Shown here piece after piece: positions 20,460-30,079 of a DNA stretch of 64,000 nucleotides. Source of the DNA: Gammaproteobacteria bacterium. Lineage in GTDB: Bacteria; Pseudomonadota; Gammaproteobacteria; Competibacterales; Competibacteraceae. Both the position numbers and the translations under genes were made by a program. The stretch covers positions 304,975-368,974 of the forward strand of contig JACKMZ010000002.1 in assembly GCA_024235135.1 (NCBI GenBank). Reading direction: 5' to 3'. Below the pieces are notes generated by a model. The model was given only the letters and a program-made list of their open reading frames with translations, made no database searches and had not been told where the DNA came from. How positions within the stretch are numbered: position 1 is the first letter of the stretch; every line of letters begins with the position of its first letter.

Positions 20460-22976
20460 TTGGGACGTCGAATGGCTGAACAGGAACATCAACGCAAACG
20501 GCACTTCATCCTGGAGGGTACGGCTGAGGCGAAGAGATTTCGTTCCCCACACAGGGTTGTTGGCAAGACAGTCGTACCGAACCGAAATCGAAATCAGCAT
20601 GGTCGTGCATTGTTGCGGCAAATCGAGGTGTTGCACCCACAAGTGAGCGTAGCTCGCGATGTGCAGGAAGCGGCTGGGCTCGAAGAGGGATTTGGCCTCC
20701 AGGTGGAGTTTGAGAGCTTCCCGGACATCGAGCTGGCCTTTGAGTCGCTAGCACGCGAACGCTCTGGCATTGAGCTATTGAACGTTCGGCGTGATGAGAA
20801 ACGCACGTTTGCAACTGTGTTTATCCCGGATGGCAAGTTACAAATTTTCGAGAAACTTATCCTGGCATACCTGGATGAATCAAAGGACACTAGGAAAGGC
20901 CCACGGAATCGGAAACTGCTCGACACAATCTCGGAAATTCGCGCCGCAACGCTCAATGCACTTTGGACCGATGATGCTGCGATGTTTCCCACTTCAGATG
21001 ATGAGGCGTTCTGGTGGGAGATATGGCTTCCCGTAAGAGGCGACCGGGAGGCTACCACGGCGCGATTCAAGCAACTTGCACAAGGACTTGAATTTCAGGT
21101 TTTCCCCGGCGAACTCCTGTTTCCAGAGCGTACTGTACTGCTTGCTTACGGATCGGCAGGCAAGATGAAACGCTCAATGCTGACGTTGAACAGCATTGCG
21201 GAACTGAGGCGAGCGAAAGAGACAGCAGAGTTTTTCGACGCATTGCCGCCGGGCGAACAGCCGGCTTGGCTTGACGATTTGCGCCAGCGGATGACCGTGC
21301 CGGTAGAAGATGCAAATGTACCGCACGTTTGCGTGCTCGATACCGGTGTGAACTATGGCCACCCGCTAATTGCCACCGCGCTGACGGCTGCGGATTCGCA
21401 TACGGTCGAACCGGGCTGGGGCACTGACGATGAGGATGGTCATGGAACCGCCATGGCGGGTTTGGCCTTGGCGGGAAATCTGACTGAATCGCTGGCTTCC
21501 AATGACCCAATCCAGGTTGGGCATCGCCTCGAATCCGTAAAACTGCTGCCCGAAGATGGCGCCAATGGAAGTGACGCGATACACCATGGCTACCTAACCG
21601 CTGAAGCGGTTGCGCGACCGGAAATCTCGGCGCCGCTGCGTCGTCGACTGTTCAGTATGGCCGTAACTGCCCGTGACAACCGTGATCGCGGCCGACCGTC
21701 GGCGTGATCAGCCACAATTGATCGGCTGGCTGCGGATTCAGACGGGTATGGGGAAACGCAACGGCTGTTCGTAGTCTCCGCGGGAAACGTCAGCGATCCG
21801 AATGCGTGGGTTGAGTACCCCACGAGCAACGAAACGGATGGAATCCACGATCCGGGGCAAAGCTGGAATGCACTGACTGTTGGGGCGGCGACCAATCTCG
21901 TGCAAATCACGGAGCCGGACGCCGACGATTATCAACCAATCGCGCCCGCAGGTGGTCTGAGTCCATTCAGCACGACAACGTTGACTTGGGCGCGTCAGTG
22001 GCCCTTCAAACCCGACATCGTCTTCGAAGGTGGCAATGCAGCGAAAAATGCATTAGGGGCGGTGTGGATGCCGAGTCTAAGTCTTCTCACGGCAAATTCG
22101 AGACCCCATGAGCGCCTGTTTACCACGGCAAATGCAACCAGTGCGGCATCGGCGTTAGCAGGGCGTATGGCAGCACAGTTGATGGTGGAATATCCGGAAC
22201 TATGGCCTGAGACTATTCGGGCACTCATCGCGCATTCGGCGGAATGGACCGATGCGATGCGTCAGGCGTTCCTTCCGGTCAACGGCCTATCGAGTAAGAA
22301 GGACGTCGCTAGCCTTATTCGTCGTTGCGGCTTCGGAATGCCTGATTTGGAGCGGGCAATGTGGAGTGTCGAGAACTCCCTCACCATGATATGCGAGGAA
22401 CAACTACATCCTTTCAAACGCGAAGGTCCAAAAGATCCGACTTTGCGGGACATGAATTTTCACCGTTTACCCTGGCCATTACAGGAGCTTGAGGCACTGG
22501 GCGAAACGCAAGTGGAGATGCGGGTGACTCTCTCGTATTTCATCGAGCCTAACCCATCCGCACGCGGATTTTCGGCGCGCTATCGGTACCAGTCACATGG
22601 TTTGAGATATGACGTGAAACGTCCACTTGAATCAATGGCCGACTTCAGTGCACGAATCAATGCCGCAGCGCGCGACGAGGAGGAGCGGACACGAGCCGAA
22701 GGCGGCGATCAAGGCTGGATCGTCGGAATTCAGAACCGGCACAAGGGGTCTCTTCATTCAGACATCTGGCGAGGCAGTGCCGCAGACCTCGCAAGTAGAG
22801 GTTTAATCGGAGTCTATCCTGTTTCGGGTTGGTGGAAAACGCGGCCACAGTTGGAGCGTGTCGACAGCATTGCTCGGTACGCGCTTGTGGTGTCTATTCA
22901 CGCCCCGAAGGTCGACGTAGAACTCTATACTGCTGTGGCAAATCAAATTGCTGCAACGGTCGCTGTTCAAGTCTGA
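20460..22976 (+). pseudogene. Cytoplasmic subtilisin-like (S8) peptidase (IetS-like), interrupted by one in-frame TGA at 21705..21707
   Basis: The catalytic Asp ('CVLDTGV') and His ('DGHGTAMAG') lie before the stop. The oxyanion Asn ('VVSAGN') and Ser ('ANATSAASALAG') lie after it, in the same frame with no other stops. There is no signal peptide, and a ~290 aa non-protease N-terminal region precedes the protease domain. Confidence 0.6.
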
Positions 22977-22991
22977 GGCGGTTGCAAAGCT

Positions 22992-23156
22992 TTGCCAAAT
23001 TCACAAAAAGAATCAGCCAAACTGACCGGCGAAGGGCAGAAAGCTGTCGAGACGGCCGCTTTCGATTTGCAGACTAACCCCAAAAATCTTGAGCACGGTT
23101 TTCATAACCTGGAGCGCGCGAAGGATAAGATTTTCTGGTCCGTGCGTGTGAGCTAG
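22992..23156 (+). pseudogene. Possible degenerate RelE/ParE-family toxin remnant
   Basis: The in-frame translation '..NPKNLEHGFHNLERAKDKIFWSVRVS*' resembles the 'NP..G..L.....WelRv' region of RelE/ParE toxins and is then truncated. No ATG start is present. This is a weak call. Confidence 0.2.
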
Positions 23157-23373
23157 GATATTCGCCTTAGTGTTCATCGCCCCGCCTCTAGTCTGCTAAT
23201 TTGCCACGTTGACCATCACGGCTACGCCTCACTGGGCGGAAAAACGCAAGCTGGAAACCCATCCTAAAACCGGCGCAGCTTCCAAACTGCGAGAACGGGT
23301 TGAAGAAATCCGCGTATGTTGACGAAACTGAAGGTCTGCGGTTTTCAAAAGCCTTGGTATTCGAGGAATCGAC

Positions 23374-23440
23374 TTTTCTGCGAGCGGGGCAGTTGCCGGC
23401 GTTGGTGGAGGTGTTAATGGCGCAATCCAGTTGCGATTGA
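23374..23440 (+). repeat. Direct repeat copy B (ttttctgcgagcggggcagttgccggcgttggtggaggtg...gattga)
   Basis: It aligns with 18924..18990 and encodes ..LRAGQLPALVEVLMAQSSCD*, which resembles the C-terminus of the ADP-ribosylglycohydrolase. Confidence 0.8.
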
Positions 23441-23451
23441 GGAAAGCCACG

Positions 23452-24324
23452 ATGTCCCAGTACTGGACGTATATATCAGAATGGCAAAGCAGTTCGGGCC
23501 GCACGCCGCCTGACGGTATTTTATTCGCCGTCGGCGATATTCATGGGCGGCTTGACCTGCTCACCGCTATGCAACGAACCATCCGACAGCAGATGGCGTT
23601 GTCCGTTGCCGCTACCAGATCGGTCATTTATCTGGGTGACTACATCGATCGTGGCCGGAACAGTCTGGAGGTGTTGCGGACATTAGCTAAAGGCATGGGC
23701 GATACCGGGGTCAACGAGCATTATCTGCTGGGCAATCATGATCTCGGCCTGCAACATCTGCTGGAAATGGAATTTGGGGACAACGAGTTATTGCTGATTT
23801 GGTTCGAATACGGCGGCAAGAATACTTTGGAGCGTATGGGCGTACCGTGGCCAGGATACTTTGCTTCCAAGGATATGTTTGGTGAATATCAACAGAAGGT
23901 CCGGGCGGTATTGGGCGCCGAAGTTGTCCGATTCCTGGAATGCCTCCCGGCTTTTCACCAAAACGGTGACTATTTATTCGTGCACGCGGGTATCGACCCC
24001 AACCGCGGTGGGTCAATCGACCAACAGGATTTTGCCGATTTGCTGTTGATGCGGGAACCGTTCTTGTCATGGCCCAGTCCCTGGCCGTTTCCATTCTGCG
24101 TGGTGCATGGCCATACACCTGCCCGGCCAACGGTACGCGCCCATCGAATTGGGGTGGATACCGGTGCTTTTTATACGGACACGTTGACCGCCGCGCAGTT
24201 TGAGGGTACGCAGGTTCGCTTTGTGAGCGTGTCGACTCGTCGTACTTGCGATTGGCTTGAGTCATTGCCTGACAACGGCTGGCGGAATACCTACGGACCA
24301 CCGCAGCGGATAGAGAAGGAATGA
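23452..24324 (+). CDS. Calcineurin-like (PPP-family) metallophosphoesterase, PrpA/ApaH-like
   Basis: It has the 'GDIHGR', 'GDYIDRG' and 'GNHD' metal-binding motifs. A GAGGAAAG ribosome-binding site precedes the ATG at 23452. Confidence 0.8.
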   Translation: MSQYWTYISEWQSSSGRTPPDGILFAVGDIHGRLDLLTAMQRTIRQQMALSVAATRSVIYLGDYIDRGRNSLEVLRTLAKGMGDTGVNEHYLLGNHDLGLQHLLEMEFGDNELLLIWFEYGGKNTLERMGVPWPGYFASKDMFGEYQQKVRAVLGAEVVRFLECLPAFHQNGDYLFVHAGIDPNRGGSIDQQDFADLLLMREPFLSWPSPWPFPFCVVHGHTPARPTVRAHRIGVDTGAFYTDTLTAAQFEGTQVRFVSVSTRRTCDWLESLPDNGWRNTYGPPQRIEKE

Positions 24325-24397
24325 GCTTTGAAAAACTCGAAAGCAAGCGAAGGTGTTGCGCTGACGCGCATCAAAAACCTGAGAAATCTATACGAAG

Positions 24398-24440
24398 CTC
24401 GCTGAAAACAAACCAAAAACGGGCGTCCGCGAACGCCCGT
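24398..24440 (-). terminator. Intrinsic terminator (acgggcgt-ccgcga-acgcccgt, then a T-rich run on the minus strand)
   Basis: An 8 bp GC stem is followed on the minus strand by TTTTTGGTTTGTTTTC. It lies downstream of the minus-strand gene at 24465..24749. Confidence 0.5.
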
Positions 24441-24464
24441 CCGGTCCTAAATCGCGGTCTGTGA

Positions 24465-24749
24465 TCAAGCGGTGGTCGCTAAGCTCATACCCCAGTCGAA
24501 GGTGTTTTCACGGCTTTTTCCGCTTCCCAGGCTCGGTAGGCGCTCAATGTGCACCTGGCCGGATTCGGAGCGCCAGATTCTCAAACAGACTTCCTCGCCA
24601 CTGCTGGCTTCCAGCTCGAATTCGACGCCAAATTGTGGACCATCCGGTTCCAATGGCCCGTTCAGGTAATGCTCAAGCGCGAGATAGGCCACCTGCCAGA
24701 ACTCGATGCTCAGCGAATCAGGATGCTGATTGTGCAAGGTAACCGTCAT
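24465..24749 (-). CDS. Hypothetical protein (94 aa)
   Basis: The internal ATG has a GGAGAA ribosome-binding site. There is no recognisable family. Confidence 0.35.
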   Translation of the reverse strand: MTVTLHNQHPDSLSIEFWQVAYLALEHYLNGPLEPDGPQFGVEFELEASSGEEVCLRIWRSESGQVHIERLPSLGSGKSRENTFDWGMSLATTA

Positions 24750-24936
24750 GCTGGTGTTTCTCCAATCTGTAGAACGGTGAAGTGTCGCAAATTTTGCGCA
24801 GCCTGTCCTGATTCGCTGCACGAAAGTCGGCAAATTAGAGAATGAAAGTTACAGAAAGTTGACACCCCCACTGGATTTTTTTTGACTTTGGAATCGCCGG
24901 GAGATTGCCAAAGTCCGAAACCAGCCGGCCTGTTTT

Positions 24937-27900
24937 TCAAGCAGGCCGGGATCGCCGTTTGCGCCATTGGCCTACCATGAACATGCGATACAGGAGTGGT
25001 ATTACCAGCATAGTCAAGATTGTGGAGAAACCCAGCCCCCAAACGATGGCTGTCGCGACAGGCCCCCAAATCAACGATTTGCCAGCCAGTCCCGCCGCCA
25101 GGGAAAATAATCCGGCAATGGTGGTCAGGGAGGTGATCAGAATCGGAATGACCCGGCGCCGAGCGGCATACAGCGTGGCGTGCATAACGGACATGCCCGC
25201 CGCCAGACGATCGTTGGCCGCCGAGATGAGCACGATCGCGGCATTGACGGCGATGCCGGCCAACGCCACCACGCCGTACATCGTATACAGGCTGAGTGGA
25301 TTGCCGGTGATCAGCAGACCCAGCACTACGCCGGTGAAAGCCAGAGGCACCGTGGACAGTATCAGGATAGGCTGGAAATAGCTTTTGAACTGGGTTCCCA
25401 GAATCAGATAGATCAGACCCACGCCGAGCAGAAACAACACGACGATGGAGTCCAGGCTTTCCTGTATGTCGTCCAACTCGCCCGAGAAATCCAGATCCAC
25501 GCCCGGATAATCGCGGCGCAGCGTCTCCCAGGCCGTGCGTACGTCCTGATTGGCTTTGACGGTGTCCGTCTGTTCCTTGTCGATGTCGGCCTCCACGGTG
25601 ATTGCTCGGCGGAAACCGTAATGACGGATGTTCCCCTGGCTCTGGCGGGTTTGTCGGTGCACCAGTTCGGCGAGCGGGATACGGCCGCCGTTCGGCGTAG
25701 GCAGCGTGTAGCGCAGGAGGTCGTCGACGGCGTTCAAGATAGTCGGCATGGCGCGCACCCGCACGTCCAGGGTTTCCCCGCGATCCTGCAGGCTGGCGAC
25801 GATTTCGCCGTCGACCAGCAAGCCGACGGTGCGGGCGATCACGGCCGGATCGAGGCCGCTCCGTTGCGCGGCGTCCTGATTGACGCGCAATTCCAGTTCC
25901 TGCAAACCGGGGCTGTCGTCGTTGGTGATGTCGTGGATCGTCGAATTGGCGGCCAGGGCCGTTTGCAGGGCTTGTACGGCCGCCCGCAATTCACCGAGAT
26001 CGTCACCGCGTACTTTGACGCTGATGGGTTTGGAGGTGGGCGGGCCGCCGGTCAACCGCAAAAACGACACCTTGACCGGTCCCAGCGTACTTTCCACGTC
26101 CGCGCGCATGGATTCGATCATCTCTTCCACGTCGCGCAATGCCGGCGTTTTGGGGTTCAGGCCAACCTGAATCTGACCGTATTGATCGCCGAACAAGGGG
26201 GCGATTTCGGTGAACGCCTGACCGGCATAGCTGACGATGGCGCGCGCCTCGCCGTCCTTGATGTGGCGGCGGACCTTGGCTTCGATTTCCTGGGTTTTGG
26301 CCAGCGTCAGTTCCAGCGGCGCGCCGGTCGGCATCGCCACGTTGACGTAGAACAAGCGCAGCGTGTCGGCCGCGAAGAAATCGACCTTGATCTGGCCCGT
26401 GGCCACGGCGGCGATAGCCCCGGAAAACATGATCAGGGTGGCCAGCAGCATGCTCTTGGGATAGCGCAGGACGCGGATCAGCAGCCGGGTATAGTTCAGC
26501 CGCAACCAGTGCAAAAAACGCACGCGGTAGCGATGGATGCGCGATGGGCGCTGAAAGTTGATGTTCGCGCTCATGACGTGCGCCGGCAGCATCCAGAAGG
26601 CTTCCATCAGGCTGATGGTCAAGGCCGTGGTCACCACCAGCGGAATGACCAGCATGAATTGGCCGAGAATGCCGGGCAGCAGCATCAAGGGCAGAAAAGC
26701 CGCGATGGTGGTCAGTACCGCCGTGGTGACGGGGGCGAAGACTTCCTTGAGCGATTCCAGCGTCGCCGTCAGCGCGTCCAGGCCACGTTGTACCCGATAA
26801 AAAACCGCCTCCACCACGACCACGGCGTCGTCCACCAGCATGCCCAGACTGATGACGACGCCGAGCAGGACCGTCACGTTGAGCGTCTGCCCCAGGATGC
26901 TCAACATCCAGAAGGTGCCGGCCAGGATGAAGGGAATGCCGATACAGGTCAGCAGAGCGATGCGGCTGCCGAGAAACAGCCAAGTGACCAGCAAGACCAG
27001 CAACAGGCCGACGATGGCGTTGTTCTGCATCAAGCGCAGGGCGTTGCGGGTGATGGTGGTTTGATCGTCCACCAGGACCAGTCGCACGCCGGTACGGTCG
27101 CTGAGGCTGTTGCGCGTTTCCAAATAGGCTTTGATGCGCTCCACCAATTCCAGCATATTGGCTTCCGCTTTCTTGGTGATCCCCAGCATGACGGCGGGTT
27201 GACCGTCGAAGCGCACCAATTGTTCGGCTTTGCGTCGGCCGCGTTCCACCACGGCCAGGGTGCTTAACGGTACTTCACCCTGGGCGGTGACCACCGGCAA
27301 ATGCGCAAGATACTGCGGATCGCTCTCGGCCCCGGCCAGCCGTATCAGCCAATCGCGCTGATTGACCTGGACGGTGCCGGCCGCCACGTCGCGATAATAG
27401 CGGGTCACGGTGTCGGCCAGATCCGGTGGCGTCAGGCCCAATCCCTCCAGGCGATCCGGAAAGAATTTGACTTGTAGCTCCGGCTCGTGCAGCGCGACCT
27501 CCATGACCTGATCCACGCCTTTGAGGCGCTCCAGATCCTCCTTGACGGCTTCGGCTTGCCAACGCAGGTTTTCATCGTCGGCCGGCCCCGAGACCACCAA
27601 CGAGGCGCTGGGAAACGCGTTGGACGAAGTGATCTCCAGAATCCGTGGCGTTTCCGCCGCTTCCGGAAGTTCCCGTTCCTTGTTCTGGATTTCCCGCCGT
27701 AGGTCGTTGACCCGTTTATCGAAAACCGCGGGTTCGATATCCTCGAAGCGGACCAATACGCTGGAAATGCCCTCGCGGCTGTTGCTGGAGACGAAGCGCA
27801 CGTCGGACACCTTGCGCACGGCGTCTTCCAGGATGTCGGTGACTTGCTTTTCCACATCCTCGGCGGAAGCTCCGGACAGCACGGTGGTGATGTCTAACCA

Positions 27901-28023
27901 GTTGAAGTTGATGGTGGGGTCCTGTTCACGCGGCAGATTGAGATAGGACAGCGTGCCCACCACCAGCACCACGGCAAAGCTCAGGTTGGCCAGCACATGG
28001 TTGTTGAGGAAGCGCGACAGCAT
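24937..28023 (-). CDS. RND efflux transporter permease (AcrB/CzcA superfamily, 1028 aa)
   Basis: The product has 12-TM RND topology and an AcrB-like N-terminus 'MLSRFLNNHVLANLSFAVVLVVG'. The start is set at the ATG at 28023, immediately after the adaptor-protein stop. The ORF caller's 178 aa upstream extension overlaps the adaptor gene and is an artefact. Confidence 0.9.
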   Translation of the reverse strand: MLSRFLNNHVLANLSFAVVLVVGTLSYLNLPREQDPTINFNWLDITTVLSGASAEDVEKQVTDILEDAVRKVSDVRFVSSNSREGISSVLVRFEDIEPAVFDKRVNDLRREIQNKERELPEAAETPRILEITSSNAFPSASLVVSGPADDENLRWQAEAVKEDLERLKGVDQVMEVALHEPELQVKFFPDRLEGLGLTPPDLADTVTRYYRDVAAGTVQVNQRDWLIRLAGAESDPQYLAHLPVVTAQGEVPLSTLAVVERGRRKAEQLVRFDGQPAVMLGITKKAEANMLELVERIKAYLETRNSLSDRTGVRLVLVDDQTTITRNALRLMQNNAIVGLLLVLLVTWLFLGSRIALLTCIGIPFILAGTFWMLSILGQTLNVTVLLGVVISLGMLVDDAVVVVEAVFYRVQRGLDALTATLESLKEVFAPVTTAVLTTIAAFLPLMLLPGILGQFMLVIPLVVTTALTISLMEAFWMLPAHVMSANINFQRPSRIHRYRVRFLHWLRLNYTRLLIRVLRYPKSMLLATLIMFSGAIAAVATGQIKVDFFAADTLRLFYVNVAMPTGAPLELTLAKTQEIEAKVRRHIKDGEARAIVSYAGQAFTEIAPLFGDQYGQIQVGLNPKTPALRDVEEMIESMRADVESTLGPVKVSFLRLTGGPPTSKPISVKVRGDDLGELRAAVQALQTALAANSTIHDITNDDSPGLQELELRVNQDAAQRSGLDPAVIARTVGLLVDGEIVASLQDRGETLDVRVRAMPTILNAVDDLLRYTLPTPNGGRIPLAELVHRQTRQSQGNIRHYGFRRAITVEADIDKEQTDTVKANQDVRTAWETLRRDYPGVDLDFSGELDDIQESLDSIVVLFLLGVGLIYLILGTQFKSYFQPILILSTVPLAFTGVVLGLLITGNPLSLYTMYGVVALAGIAVNAAIVLISAANDRLAAGMSVMHATLYAARRRVIPILITSLTTIAGLFSLAAGLAGKSLIWGPVATAIVWGLGFSTILTMLVIPLLYRMFMVGQWRKRRSRPA

Positions 28024-28028
28024 GCGAA

Positions 28029-29042
28029 TTACTCGGTGATCACGATGGCGTCGCCGTCGTTGAGCGCGAAGCGGCCGTCGGTGATGACCAGTACGTCCGG
28101 CGATAGATCGACGACGGCTGGCCGGCCTTCCTGAGCCAGCGGCAGGGGATGGAAGCGCGCCTGCTGGTCTTGCGCCAGCAGCAAGCCCAATACTCCCGCG
28201 CGCCGCACCAGTAAATCGGCCGGCACGGCCTGCGGCATGCGCCAGATCAGCCGGCCGCTGGCGCCCGGCAAAGCCGATTCCCCGGTGAATAGCAAGCGTG
28301 CCTCGCGGGTACGGCCTAGCGTGTCGATGGCGGGCGTCAGCACCCGCAGTTGCACGGGATAATCCTTGCCATTCTGGCGGAACGCCGGCGCGTCGGCGAT
28401 CTGCAATTGCGGCGCATCGTCGAGGCCGATCGCCGCCGAGATCTCCAGATGGCCGATGTCCAGTACACGCAGCAGAGCCGTGCCCGGCATGGCGTACTCC
28501 CCGACGCTGGCCAGCCGTTCCATGACGACGGCCTGGAAAGGCGAGCGCACGATGCATTTGCCGAGATCATGGCGGGCTTTGGCCAGGGTGGCGCGGTTGG
28601 CATCGCGTTCGGCCTTGAGCATGGCCATATTGGATTGCCGTTCGTCGAGCAGTTCCTGAGAGACGGTGCTTTGCTTTTTCAGCGTTTCGGCCCGCCGCAA
28701 TTGCTGTCCGGCGAACTCGATCTGGGCTTCGACGCCATCCACCCGCGCTTGGAGTTCCGCTGTAGCCAGTTCGTAATCCGTGCAGTCCAGGCGGGCCAGT
28801 ATGTGGCCTGGCTGGACGATATCGCCCACTCGTACGGGAATCTCCCGGATACGGGCGTTGAGTTCGGCGCCGATGCGGCTGTCGCCCAGGCTGACTACCG
28901 TGGCCGGCGCGGAGATTTCCGGCTCGACGAGCACTTCGCGCAATGGCGTCACTCGCACGGATGCGGGTGTCTGGGCGGCAGCCAGAACAGGCCACAGGCC
29001 AGCTAGAATCGCCAGCAACCAGGCGGTTTTTGCTGAGAACAT
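28029..29042 (-). CDS. RND efflux periplasmic adaptor (membrane-fusion protein, HlyD/AcrA-like)
   Basis: It has a signal peptide plus biotinyl/lipoyl-like, coiled-coil and beta-barrel segments. It sits directly upstream of the RND pump. Confidence 0.85.
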   Translation of the reverse strand: MFSAKTAWLLAILAGLWPVLAAAQTPASVRVTPLREVLVEPEISAPATVVSLGDSRIGAELNARIREIPVRVGDIVQPGHILARLDCTDYELATAELQARVDGVEAQIEFAGQQLRRAETLKKQSTVSQELLDERQSNMAMLKAERDANRATLAKARHDLGKCIVRSPFQAVVMERLASVGEYAMPGTALLRVLDIGHLEISAAIGLDDAPQLQIADAPAFRQNGKDYPVQLRVLTPAIDTLGRTREARLLFTGESALPGASGRLIWRMPQAVPADLLVRRAGVLGLLLAQDQQARFHPLPLAQEGRPAVVDLSPDVLVITDGRFALNDGDAIVITE

Positions 29043-29201
29043 GATGGGAATGTGTACGATGGTTTGTTATGAGGGTGAATCGACGCAGGCGTATTCTGCG
29101 CTGTTCAGCTTTCTGAGACCACAAGCTGGGGTGGTGGTTGCCGAACTCGGCTTATGGGTCAAGCGGGTGGGATCATTGGCGCGAGTGAGAAAGGAAAATG
29201 A

Positions 29202-29766
29202 TCAATAGCGATGGATAAAAACCTGACCGCTAGCATCCCGCGTTATGTCGCCCATTTGCAGGGTGTAGCGTCCGTTGCGGCGTTCCTCGTAGTAGCGGCG
29301 CAAGGTTTCGCCTATCACGGGGAAGGCCATGTCCTGCCAGGGGATGTCCTGTTCGGCGAAAAGACGCACTTCCAGACTTTCATGGCCGGCGCTGGCCTGT
29401 CCTTCCTGTAAATCCCCACGAAACATCATATACACCTGGCTGATGTGCGTCAGGCTGTAGACCGCGTATAGACTCAGGTTCTCCACTACGGCGTTGGCTT
29501 CCTCCAAGGCTTCGCGCGCGGCGGCCTGGACGGTGGATTCGTTGTTTTCCATGAAACCGGCCGGCAGGGTCCACAAGCCGTAGCGTGGTTCGATGGAACG
29601 GCGGCAAAGCAGGATCTGACCCCGCCACTCGGGAATGCATCCCGCGACGACCTTGGGATTTTGGTAATGTACGCTGCCGCAGGTAGCGCAGACATGTCGA
29701 GGCAGGTTGTCCCCAGGAGGAATGCGCAAGGTGACGGGCGCACCGCATTGACTGCAAAACTTCACC
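29202..29766 (-). CDS. NUDIX hydrolase with N-terminal zinc ribbon (NudC-like NADH pyrophosphatase)
   Basis: It has a C4 zinc ribbon 'CSQCGAPV...CATCG' and a Nudix box 'REALEEANA'. The likely GTG start is at 29766. The ORF caller extended the ORF to 29897. Confidence 0.6.
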
Positions 29767-30079
29767 GCATTTGTCCGTTTCGCCGCTGATATTTGGACGA
29801 TAGCAGAAAATTGACGGGGGTGTTGAAGAGATCGGAGGAGGTGTCGGTGGATTTGCGGTGGTGGACAATAGTACGGTGTGGCCAAGCGGGTATGCACGCT
29901 ATCTCAAGTCACTGTCCAGTCTGCCGCTATTAATACGTGGCCCGGCCGACAGTAGGCCCGTGAATTGTCCGCCGATACCGGGCGCTACGCTCTGCGCTCG
30001 AAAGAAAATCAACGGTTTGATCTCGAAGTGCTAACGACAGGGGTTGCGACCTGACAAGCCAAATCTCGGAGAAACTCTT

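Larger units (their letters stand above)
18991..23440 (+). mobile_element. Inserted island of ~4.45 kb carrying an AAA-ATPase plus S8-subtilase (IetAS-like) module, bounded by direct repeats
   Basis: A direct duplication of the host gene's 3' end flanks the segment at 18924..18990 and 23374..23440. It contains two co-oriented genes plus non-coding flanks. A degenerate toxin-like remnant is present. No integrase or transposase lies inside. Confidence 0.6.

Noticed and set aside
21705-21707. Selenocysteine recoding of the in-frame TGA in the subtilase gene
   Set aside because: There is no obvious SECIS-like stem-loop immediately downstream, and the position is not a known Sec site in subtilases. 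A nonsense mutation or a sequencing error is more likely.
25180-27267. A 695 aa ORF antisense to the RND pump, and a 326 aa ORF at 26003..26983
   Set aside because: The same reasoning applies. They overlap a well-supported transporter and have junk-like composition.
28024-28557. N-terminal 178 aa extension of the RND ORF, overlapping the adaptor gene
   Set aside because: It is an ORF-caller artefact. The real start is the ATG at 28023, directly after the adaptor-protein stop. The extension is Arg/Gly/Ala-rich junk.
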